DNA of 63,997 bases, counting the filler. It is 11 parts of 11 records of this genome, joined end to end, with 100 filler letters (N's around TTAATTAATTAA, not from the genome) between each part and the next. Parts side by side here need not be neighbours in the genome. Positions count along the whole stretch, not along the records: positions 36,036 to 51,448 come from SRR9188676_950; positions 51,549 to 54,937 come from SRR9188676_954; 9 more parts are not named here. One strand, 5' to 3'. Below are positions 42,977-53,715 of the stretch, piece after piece (within the stretch, counting starts at the first letter, position 1; the number at the start of each line of letters is the position of its first letter). A program made the position numbers and the translations under genes. Under the pieces are notes generated by a model, which saw only the letters and a program-made list of their open reading frames with translations, ran no database searches and was not told the DNA's origin.

Positions 42977-44170
42977 TCAAAAACTATCAAGAATCACTTT
43001 TGCGTAATTTTTTGCTTGATTCAAATCAGCAAATTCTTTCATACTTTTTTGATTACCAATTTGTGAATTGCTATTTAGAAGAGCTTCTAATTTATGTTGA
43101 AAATCATCTTCAATGGCTTCGTCGATAAGTAAGCCTAACTGTTTTTCAGCTGTAATTTTCCCCATCAAGCCATAATTAAAAGTAATTAAAGGTTTTTGCG
43201 CACTGGCTGCTCTTACCATAATGGCACTCATGCCGATGTGTTTTTGGTACAAAGCCAAAATATAATCTGATACTTCAAAAAAAGACTGAATATCCTCGTC
43301 GGCTACAAAACGGTTGTGAGTAATAACTTGTACGCTGTTTTTTTGTTGGAGTACAGCAAGTTTTTGTTCGAAAAGTGATTTTTCTTGTTCATCCCAAGGA
43401 CCAACAATCAATAAACAAACATCTTTTGCTTTACCATCAGAAAGTTTTGCGAAAGTATCCATTACTGTTGAAATACCTTTTCTATCATCTAAATGCCCAA
43501 AAATTAAGAATACTTTCTTGCTTTCAGCAATTCCCAATTCTTCCTTTATTAAACGAATAGATTTTTTGTTAGGATAAACTTGTACGGGGTCTGGCAAGAA
43601 TTTAACTTTGTCGCTTCTCCAATTTTGTTGAATAAAATCAACGGCAAAAGGGTCGAGACAAAATAAAGTACTTAAAGCTTTTCGATGTAAAATGGCTTTA
43701 AGCAACAAATATTTACGCCAAAAACTAATTTTTTCCTTCACTGAATTAACAGGATAATTAACCAGTGTTGGTCTAAACAAAATACCTGAAACTGGACAAA
43801 TCGGTTTTTGTTCAGTTAAACAAGCCAGTTGAAGATGGTCGAAATACATCATTAAAATGTGAATGGCTTGTAGCTTTTTAGCATACTCAGCGCAAATTGT
43901 CCATTCTAATTTTGCTCGTTTGATTACATCACTTTTGCTATTTTTCCAGTCATTATAAGTTGTTTCTGAGGTACTTAACCATTCAATATTTTCTGCTGAA
44001 GTATTTTGAATAATAGTAGGATGCTTTTCAAAAAAATCTGGATTCACCAAAACAGCTAAACGAAAATCATATTTCTCATTTAAAAAATGAATTAGCAAAT
44101 GATACAGATAGCCGGGATGATGTCCGCTAGCATCAGGTTCAAAGATTAAAACTGTTTTTTGAAAAGACAT
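42977..44170 (-). CDS. Glycosyltransferase (GT-B fold, GT4-like)
   Basis: GHHPGY N-terminus, FGHLDDRKG, C-terminal Rossmann-like segment. Confidence 0.85.
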   Translation of the reverse strand: MSFQKTVLIFEPDASGHHPGYLYHLLIHFLNEKYDFRLAVLVNPDFFEKHPTIIQNTSAENIEWLSTSETTYNDWKNSKSDVIKRAKLEWTICAEYAKKLQAIHILMMYFDHLQLACLTEQKPICPVSGILFRPTLVNYPVNSVKEKISFWRKYLLLKAILHRKALSTLFCLDPFAVDFIQQNWRSDKVKFLPDPVQVYPNKKSIRLIKEELGIAESKKVFLIFGHLDDRKGISTVMDTFAKLSDGKAKDVCLLIVGPWDEQEKSLFEQKLAVLQQKNSVQVITHNRFVADEDIQSFFEVSDYILALYQKHIGMSAIMVRAASAQKPLITFNYGLMGKITAEKQLGLLIDEAIEDDFQHKLEALLNSNSQIGNQKSMKEFADLNQAKNYAKVILDSF

Positions 44171-44190
44171 GAGATGATAAGTGTTTGCTG

Positions 44191-45291
44191 CTACAGAATA
44201 CTTTTATAAACATTTAAGGTTTGGGTAGCTGTTTTTTCAGCAGAGAAGTATTCCTGACGAATCGTACCTTTTTGAACAAGACTTTTTCTTAAAGCTTCAT
44301 TCTGAATAATTTCTTTGATTTTATCAGCAATATCTTCTTGATTATTGGGGTCGAAATACAAAGCTGCATCTTGGGCTACTTCTGGAAAACAAGAAGTATT
44401 ACTCAAAACCACTGGACAAGCACAAGCAAAAGCTTCAAGGATTGGAATACCAAAACCTTCGTACAATGAAGGATAAACGAAAGCGATAGCATGTTGATAC
44501 AAGTAAAAAAGCGTATCGTCGCTCTGAAAACTAAATTGTTTTACTTGATTTTGTAAGCCCAAACTGACAATCAATTCATTTTCAGTTTTATTGAAATCGC
44601 CACCACCTGCACAAAGTAAAGAGACGTCTGAATGTTCTTTTAAAACAGAGGCTATTGATGTAACAAAACCAGTAAAGTTTTTATAGTCATTTCTAGCACC
44701 GACATATAGCAAGTATTTTTCAGGTGTTTTTACTTGAAAATCTTTTGGCAATTCATGATTTCTGAACGAAGTAGCATGATAAATTACTGCTATTTTTTCA
44801 GGCTTGATTTGATAAAACTCTAATAAATCAGCTTTGGTATTTTCAGAAATAGCAATGATTTTAGCGGCTCTGTTCAGCAAATCCTGTTTCTGTGCATGAC
44901 TTGCATTGTCGATGTGATTAAGGTTAAATCGCTCTTTGATGCAATCGTGATAGGTTAATACAAAAGGTTTTTTCCCTAAATAATTGAGGTAATAATTATG
45001 AAAAAAAGTAGGATGAAAAACATCAAATTTACCTCTTTGAAGCTGTACAATACTGTTTAAACGGTTGGTTCTTGAAACCAACATATTAGTAGGCATAAAG
45101 CCAAAAATATGCTTAAACTTATTTGGGCGACGGACAGAACTATTTTTTAAATATTCATTATTTGAAAAAGGTAAGGATAATTTTACACCAACGCCCATTT
45201 CAAGTAAAGATTCCATCAAATCATGAAAATAGCGAGCAACGCCTCCATATCTCTGTCCTGTAAATGCTTGATGGTCGTACAGTATTCTCAT
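44191..45291 (-). CDS. Glycosyltransferase family 4
   Basis: YGGVARYF, YVGAR..YKN, FVYPSLYEGFGIPILEA. Confidence 0.95.
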   Translation of the reverse strand: MRILYDHQAFTGQRYGGVARYFHDLMESLLEMGVGVKLSLPFSNNEYLKNSSVRRPNKFKHIFGFMPTNMLVSRTNRLNSIVQLQRGKFDVFHPTFFHNYYLNYLGKKPFVLTYHDCIKERFNLNHIDNASHAQKQDLLNRAAKIIAISENTKADLLEFYQIKPEKIAVIYHATSFRNHELPKDFQVKTPEKYLLYVGARNDYKNFTGFVTSIASVLKEHSDVSLLCAGGGDFNKTENELIVSLGLQNQVKQFSFQSDDTLFYLYQHAIAFVYPSLYEGFGIPILEAFACACPVVLSNTSCFPEVAQDAALYFDPNNQEDIADKIKEIIQNEALRKSLVQKGTIRQEYFSAEKTATQTLNVYKSIL

Positions 45292-45327
45292 ATTTATTTT
45301 TGATTGAGTGAGTTGTGAATGAGTGAA

Positions 45328-45366
45328 TTTTGATAATCTACGTTAATCAAACGTAGATTATCAAAA
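45328..45366 (-). terminator. Hairpin/terminator after pepP
   Basis: TTTTGATAATCTACGTT / AACGTAGATTATCAAAA perfect inverted repeat. Confidence 0.7.
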
Positions 45367-45406
45367 TATTTTTAAGACACTCCTCATCTCAATTAATGCA
45401 CAGTTC

Positions 45407-46699
45407 TTAAATCTTATTCATTAAAGCTTCAATTTCATCCGCTTCAATTGGAATATTTGCCATTAAATCAATGTTACCATCTTCTGTAATCAAAATGTTA
45501 TTTTCTAAACGAATGCCTAAACCTTCTTCACGAATATAAATTCCCGGTTCAATTGTAAAGACCATCCCTGCTTCAAAACGACGGTACTTGTTCCAAACAT
45601 CATGAACATCAAGTCCTAAATGATGAGAAACGCCGTGCATAAAGTATTTTTTGAATAAAGGAGATTCTGGATTTTGCTTTTCAACGTCTTCACGAGTAAA
45701 TAAGCCTAAGCCGATAAGTTCTTCTTCAATGAATTTTTCAACAGCTTGCTGATATTCATCCCATAAATTCCCAACAACTAAAATTGATTTAGCAAATTTA
45801 AAAGCACGCAAAACCGCATCATAAACCTGACGTTGGCGTGGCGAAAATTTACCGTTTACAGGAATTGTTCTGGTTAAGTCTGCATTATAGTTTCCATATT
45901 CAGCGGCAACGTCTAGCAAAATAACATCGCCATCTTTACAAGGACGGCTGTTTTCGATATAATGCAATACGCAAGCATTAGCGCCAGAAGCAATAATTGG
46001 CTGATAAGCAAATCCTTTTGAACGATTTCTTACGAATTCATGTAAAAGTTCTGCTTCAATTTCATACTCAGTAACATCTGGTTTTACAAAATTCAACAAT
46101 CTTCTGAAACCAAGCTCAGTAATACGCATTGCTTCGCTCAATTGCTCAATTTCAATTGGATTTTTGATGACTCTCAATTGGTGCATCAACGGAGCAACTC
46201 TTTCAAATTTATGCAAAGGAAAATGTTCTTTTGCCCATAAAATGAATTTAGCATCACGAGTTTGAACAACAGAATGATTACGAATATGCTCGTTTGAATT
46301 CAAGTAAATATGTTCTGCTTCAAAGACCAAAGTTGTTAAAACAGCCTCAAATTGGCTCATCCAATAAATACTTTGCACGCCTGAAACTTCACGAGCATGC
46401 TCTTTTGTGTATTTATAACCTTCCCAAATGGCAATTAATTCTGAGGTTTCTCTCAAAAATAATACTTCTCTGTGCGCAGGATTTGGACTATCAGGAAACA
46501 ATAAAAGAATAGATTCTTCTTGGTCGATTCCTGAAAGGTAAAATAAATCTGAGTTTTGTTGAAATCCCATCGTTCCGTCTGCATTAGTTGGCATTGGGTC
46601 GTTGGAATTAAAAATAGCAATAGATTTTGGTTTTAAAAGTTGTGCTAAACGCTGACGGTTTTCAATGAATAGCGAGTTGTTGATGGGTAAGTATTTCAT
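45407..46699 (-). CDS. pepP: Xaa-Pro aminopeptidase (M24B)
   Basis: LHY, DVAAEYGNYNADLTRT, HGVSHHLGLDVHD, TIEPGIY, GIRLE. Confidence 0.93.
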   Translation of the reverse strand: MKYLPINNSLFIENRQRLAQLLKPKSIAIFNSNDPMPTNADGTMGFQQNSDLFYLSGIDQEESILLLFPDSPNPAHREVLFLRETSELIAIWEGYKYTKEHAREVSGVQSIYWMSQFEAVLTTLVFEAEHIYLNSNEHIRNHSVVQTRDAKFILWAKEHFPLHKFERVAPLMHQLRVIKNPIEIEQLSEAMRITELGFRRLLNFVKPDVTEYEIEAELLHEFVRNRSKGFAYQPIIASGANACVLHYIENSRPCKDGDVILLDVAAEYGNYNADLTRTIPVNGKFSPRQRQVYDAVLRAFKFAKSILVVGNLWDEYQQAVEKFIEEELIGLGLFTREDVEKQNPESPLFKKYFMHGVSHHLGLDVHDVWNKYRRFEAGMVFTIEPGIYIREEGLGIRLENNILITEDGNIDLMANIPIEADEIEALMNKI

Positions 46700-46712
46700 A
46701 TTTTAAAAGATA

Positions 46713-47477
46713 TTATTTCTGGCACAAATAAATAATTTCGTCTTTAGGCAAAGCAAATCTTTTGACTTGGTCTGGTGGCATATTTACGCCAAACTTATCT
46801 TCTGTTACTTTCCAGCCACCTTGTTCTAAGCGTTTGTTATAATCTCTTCCGTAAATTCTAAAATGGTCATCTTGTTTGAAAAGACGCTCACGTTCTTTAG
46901 GGTCTGTAATGGTTTTGTCTTCAAAAGTAGTAGCCAAACTCCAATCTTGTGGCGACTGCATAATTGCCCAGCCTGTAGGTTTTAATACTCTTCTCATTTC
47001 TCGCATACATTGAATATCGTCTTCAACGTGCTCTAAAACGTGATTACAGAATACCACATCAAAAGTATTGTCTTCAAAAGGAATATGGTGCAAATCCATT
47101 TTTACTTTTGCCAAAGGCGATTCAATATCAGCAGTGATATAATCCAGATTTTTCATTTTCTCGAAACGGTCGATGAAACAATATTCTGGTGCTACGTGTA
47201 ACACTTTTAGTTTTGCTTGAAAGAAATTCGTTTTTTGTTGTAAATACATGTACATCAAACGGTGGCGTTCTAATGCCAAACAGTTTGGACATAAAGCATT
47301 GTCTCTTGGCTCTAAACGACCATAAGGAACAAATTTTGAAAACTTAGATTTACATACTGGACAGGATACTCTAGTGCCTCTTAAAAAGATGGCATAGATT
47401 TTCATAGCAAAGTGAGAAACTAATTGAAGATATTTACGTGGAATATTTCTGAGTGTCCAGCTAATAATTGATTTCAT
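46713..47477 (-). CDS. Class I SAM-dependent methyltransferase with N-terminal CxxC pairs
   Basis: CPVC...CPNC..LERHR, LHVAPE, FDVVFCNHVLEHV, RVLKP.G. Confidence 0.9.
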   Translation of the reverse strand: MKSIISWTLRNIPRKYLQLVSHFAMKIYAIFLRGTRVSCPVCKSKFSKFVPYGRLEPRDNALCPNCLALERHRLMYMYLQQKTNFFQAKLKVLHVAPEYCFIDRFEKMKNLDYITADIESPLAKVKMDLHHIPFEDNTFDVVFCNHVLEHVEDDIQCMREMRRVLKPTGWAIMQSPQDWSLATTFEDKTITDPKERERLFKQDDHFRIYGRDYNKRLEQGGWKVTEDKFGVNMPPDQVKRFALPKDEIIYLCQK

Positions 47478-47611
47478 AATTTAAACTTGAAACGTTTTGG
47501 ATTCCGTTTTGAATGATTTAAAATGTTACAAACTAAAAAAGGGAATGATTTTTACACAAAGGTAAAAAATCATTCCCAATATCTGATTATCAAAAATCAA
47601 GAAGCTGAATA

Positions 47612-48379
47612 CTATATTTCTCTAATCCAAATGTTGCGGTAACTTACCAAATTGCCGTGGTCTTGTAAAGAAATCGGTCCTTTTTCGTGAACAGGGTTCG
47701 TTGGTTGCCCAATATAGTTTGTTGCACCTTGAATTTTAGTATGGTTCTGTACAATAACTCCGTTGTGAATAACTGTTACATAAGCAGGAGTTTCAATACC
47801 TCCATTAGCCGTAAAACGTGGAGCAGTATAGATGATGTCATAAACATTCCAATCACCCATTTTAGACGTAGCATTTACCAATGGTGCCGTTTGCTTGTAA
47901 ATAGAACCTGCTTGTCCGTTTCTGTAAGTACGGTTTTGATACGAATTCAATACTTGTACTTCATAAATTCCAGCAAAGAAAATACCACTGTTCCCTTTTT
48001 GTTGTCCTTTCAAGGTTTCAGGTTCGATTGGGGAACGCCATTCGATGTGTAATTGACAATCGCCAAAGTGCTTTTTGGTCGAAATCGTACCTGCACCTTT
48101 TGCTACTGTCAGAATACCATCTTTTACATCCCATTTTGCAGCAGAACCGTCTTTCGCAGATTCCCAACTGTCTGCATTTTTTCCATCGAATAAAACGATT
48201 GCATCAGATGGAACAGCCCCAGGAGTCACTACTCTTACTTCTGGATCCCAGAATTCTGTCGCTTCTGGTTTATCAGGATTTTTTTGAGTAAAACGGAAAT
48301 CTTGTGCATGGGCAGAATTCATTGAAAAAGCCGCCAAACTAAGGCTTAAACCCAAAATAAATTTCTTGTTGATCGTCAT
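47612..48379 (-). CDS. DUF1080 / 3-keto-disaccharide hydrolase family secreted protein
   Basis: Signal peptide from ATG 48379; LFDGK, GNSGIF, YEVQVL, LQDHG..VSYRNIW. Confidence 0.9.
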   Translation of the reverse strand: MTINKKFILGLSLSLAAFSMNSAHAQDFRFTQKNPDKPEATEFWDPEVRVVTPGAVPSDAIVLFDGKNADSWESAKDGSAAKWDVKDGILTVAKGAGTISTKKHFGDCQLHIEWRSPIEPETLKGQQKGNSGIFFAGIYEVQVLNSYQNRTYRNGQAGSIYKQTAPLVNATSKMGDWNVYDIIYTAPRFTANGGIETPAYVTVIHNGVIVQNHTKIQGATNYIGQPTNPVHEKGPISLQDHGNLVSYRNIWIREI

Positions 48380-48510
48380 TGAATTATAGTTTATGTTTAT
48401 TTTAATTTTAATTTGCGTAAAATAAGCTATTCTTGTTTCTGGATAAATAATCTCATGCTTTATACTGAACGGCAATATTCAAGAATATCTTGCGAAATAA
48501 TAATTTATTT

Positions 48511-49035
48511 ATGAAAATTACTCAAAGAAATTGGATAAAATTAGCTTTTCTGTGTGGATTTATGCTTTTTGTTAATACTGTTAGTGGAGGGAAAGATGCG
48601 CAGGCTGTTTTAGATTTGAATGTGATATTACGAGACAAGAAAATACAATTGGTTAGAAGTCAATTGATTAAAGGTTGGTCGATGCGTGCAAACGGAAGTA
48701 ATTTTTATATAGAAAGGAATAATGATATTTTTTTGCCACAAACAGCTTTAAAAAGTATTGATAGCAGAGCAAGTGTAGTCACTAAAACGATTGGTAAAAA
48801 GAAAGTACTGATGATGAAAACCAAAGCTTTTTTTATGATGACTGTTGAAAAAAAGCTTCCTGCCGATAAAGTTGCAATTATAAGAAATATGGCAAAAGGT
48901 GTTTATCAAACCGATTATTATACCATAATTTTATGGCAAGAACATGGTTTTACGTATTCAAAACATACGATTCCCAATAATTTAAAAGATGAATTTCAGG
49001 CAATAGAAACCCTAATAGGAGCTAGCTGGCAATGA
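48511..49035 (+). CDS. Hypothetical protein, putative signal peptide
   Basis: Open frame with a hydrophobic N-terminus; no recognised motif. Confidence 0.7.
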   Translation: MKITQRNWIKLAFLCGFMLFVNTVSGGKDAQAVLDLNVILRDKKIQLVRSQLIKGWSMRANGSNFYIERNNDIFLPQTALKSIDSRASVVTKTIGKKKVLMMKTKAFFMMTVEKKLPADKVAIIRNMAKGVYQTDYYTIILWQEHGFTYSKHTIPNNLKDEFQAIETLIGASWQ

Positions 49036-49063
49036 TTTTCTAAAAATATAAACGATAACCAAT

Positions 49064-49471
49064 ATGAAACCTGATATTCCTAAAAAAGCTCCCGGTCAAA
49101 AATTAGTAAAAAGAATGCCTTTACGCACCAAATGGATTTTGTGTGCCGTAATGGGTTTATTACTTTTTGGTTTTGGTATTTCAGTCGTAGGAACTGCATC
49201 AACGATTAGGGCTGAACCTAATGTGCCATTTTTTAGATGGTTTATTTGGGGACTTTATGGTTTAATTATCTCAAGTTTAGGGTTATTCTCGTTTGGGCAA
49301 GCTATTCGTTTTAGAGTATTGATGGATATCAATAAGCGTTTTAGCAGACAGGAAAAAGAAATGATGAAACAGATTAAAAAGTTAAATCATTTAGGTGAAG
49401 TACTTCGTGGAAAAGAAGATAAAAAAGAGGAGAAAAAAGCTAAAACTGGTGATAAAGATAAAAAAGAGTAA
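49064..49471 (+). CDS. Hypothetical two-TM membrane protein with Lys-rich tail
   Basis: Two hydrophobic helices; terminator follows. Confidence 0.75.
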   Translation: MKPDIPKKAPGQKLVKRMPLRTKWILCAVMGLLLFGFGISVVGTASTIRAEPNVPFFRWFIWGLYGLIISSLGLFSFGQAIRFRVLMDINKRFSRQEKEMMKQIKKLNHLGEVLRGKEDKKEEKKAKTGDKDKKE

Positions 49472-49477
49472 AAAAGA

Positions 49478-49503
49478 AAACCTCGTCTATTTAGACGAGG
49501 TTT
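49478..49503. terminator. Bidirectional intrinsic terminator
   Basis: AAACCTCGTCTA-TT-TAGACGAGGTTT between convergent genes. Confidence 0.8.
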
Positions 49504-49529
49504 AGATCTCTTAGAAGAAATTGTACAAA

Positions 49530-49685
49530 TTACTTCGCAGCCTTCGCAGCAAACTCAGCTTTGATTGCCTCAATATCCACCAATTTAATTTCTGGAGTTT
49601 GAGTCAAATGCTTAATTGCATTGATTTTGTTAGTGGCTATAGCCTTGTTTCTTCTGTCTTTTCTTTTTAGTCTTGTAACAGCCAT
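49530..49685 (-). CDS. Small basic protein, 51 aa (MAVTRLKRKDRRNK...)
   Basis: ATG 49685, own TAATTTTG promoter element (49712-49719) and terminator. Confidence 0.8.
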   Translation of the reverse strand: MAVTRLKRKDRRNKAIATNKINAIKHLTQTPEIKLVDIEAIKAEFAAKAAK

Positions 49686-49971
49686 TGCGAACAGAGTTTT
49701 AAATTGAGGTGCAAAATTAGGAATAATATCTTTTTGAAACAAACATATAGGCAATTAATAATTAGACTTTAAGATTTGATACTTTAGGATTAGGAGTAAG
49801 GTTAAGTAAAAAAACTAGTATCAATCGTCCAGAAGTCTTTCAGTCACTTAGTCTAAGAAGAAATAAAACCCATGAAGTTTCCAAAAACTTCATGGGTTTT
49901 GTAATTTTGCAGCCATTGGACAATCCTGTCCGTTTTCACGTTCTCGGGTTTATTGCCCGATTTTATACTCC

Positions 49972-51327
49972 ATGAAACCAAGTTTAGTAAAAGGTACACG
50001 AGATTTTGGACCAGATAAAATGGTTCGTCGCAATTATATTTTTGATACAATCAAAGCTGTTTTTCAAAAATTTGGTTTTCAGCCAATCGAAACGCCAGCC
50101 ATGGAAAACCTTTCAACTTTGATGGGAAAATATGGTGAAGAGGGAGACCAATTATTATTTAAAATCTTGAATTCTGGTAATTTTTCTGAGAAAATTACAC
50201 AAAATGAATTAGATGAAGGAGCAAAGAAATTAACGTTAAAAATTTCTGAAAAAGGCTTAAAATATGATTTAACAGTTCCTTTTGCTCGCTTTGTAGTAAT
50301 GAATCGTAATGATTTGGCGATGCCTTTTAAACGTTATCAGATTCAACCCGTTTGGCGTGGCGACCGCCCACAAAGAGGACGTTATCGTGAATTTTATCAA
50401 TGTGATGCCGATGTAGTAGGTACTGATTCTCTGGTTTGTGAAGCTGAAATCGTATTGATGATTCATGAAGTATTCAAAAATCTTGGTATCAATTTCTCTT
50501 TAAAAATCAATAATCGTAAAATTCTTACTGGACTTTCGGAAGCGATTGGAGCGGCTGGACAAGAAGGAAATCTTGCCGTTGCCATTGATAAATTAGATAA
50601 AATTGGGAAAGAAAAAGTACTAGAAGAATTAGCCGAAAAAGGATTTTCAACGGAATCTTTGGCTAAACTAGATCCCGTTTTTGAAATTTCAGGAACGAAC
50701 CAAGAGAAATTTATCAAATTAGAGGAATTATTACAAGATTCAGAAACAGGTAAAAAAGGAATCGAAGAATTACGTGCCGTTTGGAATTTACTTCAATCTT
50801 TTGGTCAACCAGAAGAAAATATTGAATTAGACATTACTTTAGCTCGTGGACTTTCGTATTACACAGGTGCAATTTTTGAAGTAAAAGCCTTAGACGTTCA
50901 AATGGGTTCTATTTCAGGCGGAGGACGTTACGATAATTTAACAGGTACTTTTGGTGTAGCGGGTTTATCGGGCGTGGGAATTTCTTTTGGTGTTGATAGA
51001 ATTTATGATGTTTTAGAGGAATTGAATTTATTCCCTGAAAATAATTCTGTAACGACTAAATTATTACTTTGTCATTTCGGAGAAAAAGAGTTGAATTTTG
51101 CTTTGCCACTTTTGCAAAAAGCACGTTTGGCAGGAATCAATACCGAAGTTTATCCAGATGTCAGTAAAATCAAAAAACAATTAGATTATGCTGATAAAAA
51201 GAAAATTTCTTATGTCTGTATCATCGGTTCGGAAGAAATGGAAACCGGTAAATTGACTTTGAAAAATATGATTACGGGAGAACAAGAGAAATTGACTTTT
51301 GAAGAAGTAATCAGCAAATTACAATAA
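49972..51327 (+). CDS. hisS: Histidine--tRNA ligase
   Basis: KGTRDF, YDLTVPFAR, GRYREFYQCDAD, LARGLSYYTG, GGGRYDNL. Confidence 0.98.
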   Translation: MKPSLVKGTRDFGPDKMVRRNYIFDTIKAVFQKFGFQPIETPAMENLSTLMGKYGEEGDQLLFKILNSGNFSEKITQNELDEGAKKLTLKISEKGLKYDLTVPFARFVVMNRNDLAMPFKRYQIQPVWRGDRPQRGRYREFYQCDADVVGTDSLVCEAEIVLMIHEVFKNLGINFSLKINNRKILTGLSEAIGAAGQEGNLAVAIDKLDKIGKEKVLEELAEKGFSTESLAKLDPVFEISGTNQEKFIKLEELLQDSETGKKGIEELRAVWNLLQSFGQPEENIELDITLARGLSYYTGAIFEVKALDVQMGSISGGGRYDNLTGTFGVAGLSGVGISFGVDRIYDVLEELNLFPENNSVTTKLLLCHFGEKELNFALPLLQKARLAGINTEVYPDVSKIKKQLDYADKKKISYVCIIGSEEMETGKLTLKNMITGEQEKLTFEEVISKLQ

Positions 51328-51780
51328 AACGCTTTCGGCATTAATAAATTTAATATTTGTTAATGCCGTTTTTCTTTAGTGTTACTATTATTTTAATAGA
51401 TTATTTTTATTTTTGGGAATTGTTCAACCAAATCAATACAAACACCCTNNNNNNNNNNNNNNNNNNNNNNNNNNNNNNNNNNNNNNNNNNNNTTAATTAA
51501 TTAANNNNNNNNNNNNNNNNNNNNNNNNNNNNNNNNNNNNNNNNNNNNCACAGGCCCGAATCTCAAATAACGTCCCAATTATCGAAGCAAAAGAGAGGGG
51601 GAGTCCAAAATTCCCATTTTTTTTTTCGAACGTAATTTTTGGATGATCCCATTGTCATCGAAGCCAATCCGACAAAGAACAGACTAGAAAGCCAAGCCCG
51701 CACAGGAACACCCCCCTCCGATATTCTTGTCGAGATCTCACCAGATATAAGCAGAGAAGGTAATGGACTTTGATTCCTAC

Positions 51781-53715
51781 CTTTAGGCTGGAAGATGCTC
51801 TTCAACGGGATATAGAAGCCGATACTAGCAAAGAACAGACTTGAAAGCCACGTCCGCACAGGCACAACTTTCTCCTCCCAGATTCTCGCAGAGCCTTCGA
51901 CTGATGCGAAACCTAACCCGGCAACAAATGCCCCTAGAAGATGAGTGGATCCAGAGATATCCACTAAGAAAGTGCACAAGTATCCATAGAGCAACATCAT
52001 CGCGAGTATGAGGATTTCAAACTGGTCTTCACTGAGTTGCATTTTCTGCAGATACTGGATAATTTTGTATTCGTTGAGGGATGCAGGTGCGGGTGTGGAG
52101 GTTGGAGTTGGTGGAGGAAGTCCGTCGGGGTGGGAATGGACCAGGACAGAGCTGCGTAATAGGGCAATATACGTGGGGATTTTGGAGGTGAGGTAGAGGC
52201 CAAGACCAATGGCAATCACGCTGGAAACGAGAAAGAGAGAAAGAGAGAAAGAAAGACACATACACACATAGAGTGAGATATAGATGCGTATGTACACATC
52301 ATAGACCACCCACACAGGACACATGGATGCATACTCATACACACCCAACCCACACGTACCACACTCAGCTACTTTTCGGTGATCATTGGAGGAAAATGAA
52401 TGGGAATAGGTTAGTGGGTGTTAAAAATCAATCTCAGCCTTGTGTTACGGTAGGCTCTAGAATCTCTGCATATATAGCCCTTTCAATACCTCATTCTGCT
52501 ATGAATGACATTTTGGACCAGGGAAACTTCGATTTTTCTACATCTGCTTCAAAGGCTCCAATTAAGATATCCATATATAGATCATAAATAAATAGAACGT
52601 CACAGACACAGACTAGGTATGATAACCAATGATAACAGCGATGAATATACACAACAACATCGTATGGTTTAGGTACCTTGAGAGAATGGGGCGGATAACG
52701 ATCCAGGCCATATTTGAGTCACTCTCTCCCGCAACACTCGTCACAATGGAAAGCAGGATCAAACTGTTGGGGAAAGAGACAATGAAAGAGTTATCATGAG
52801 GAAAACGAATGGGACCCATTGTTGACCTATTATCCTCTTCAACCCATTGCAGTCCAGACCATTAAAGCGTGAAAATTGAGATGTTTCCAGTTCGAACAGG
52901 AAATGCCCAACGATTAATTTGCCGAGTTGAAGTGAAAGCAACTAAGTGCGACATAATACATGAAAAGAAGACCGCTCGAATCGACCAATTCAAACTGACC
53001 TGAGAATATCATCAATCATCGCAGCGGTGGTAATCAAACTCCCAATGTAGGTGTCGAAGATCTTTTCTTGCTGCATCAGAACTGTGGCAATGCCAATTGA
53101 AGTGGATGCCAAGCTCGCACCTCCAGACAAGCCGGCCAGGTCATCGAAACCCATGAGATGGAACGTCAGATAGCCGAAGCAAACTGAAGGAGTATTGAAA
53201 AAAACAAAGCGAAATGAAAAGAGAAACTGGCTGAAAATATTGAGATGGATATCAGGTTGGATGAAATATTTCCGAGAGAGACGCGTCGCTCAACAAAACG
53301 CTTTTTTGAGCAATAAGATATACTAAACATGATATCAAACATAATATTTAATCTATCGGAAACGATACCGGGAAAGATGGTTCCTGTGACTGCCACGGCC
53401 GATGCACGAGGACCAACTGACTTCAATCTAGAGAGGCTCACATTCAGACCACCTTCACGACACATTATTAGTCAAAAAAAATATTATTCATATCTCAAAG
53501 ATATTGATAAAACGACGACTACCTTCGAATACAAGGAGCATTAGCCCGATGTTTCCAAGTTGAACAAGAGATTCGGGATCCTCTAGCAGGTTGAATAAGC
53601 TCACAAATATCACACCAGCGATAATCTCCCCAATGAGCGATGCATATATGAATTGGAATAAGAACCCCAAACTCCAGAGAACGATAAAGAATAGGCAGAA
53701 AATAAAGAGTTCCAT
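51781..53715 (-). CDS. Eukaryotic CPA2-family cation/H+ antiporter, multi-exon, 3' truncated
   Basis: LIGEIIAG, LGNIGLMLLVFE|GGL, ASTSIGIA, AAMIDDIL, LGAFVAGL, LFFASIG across GT-AG exons. Confidence 0.88.
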
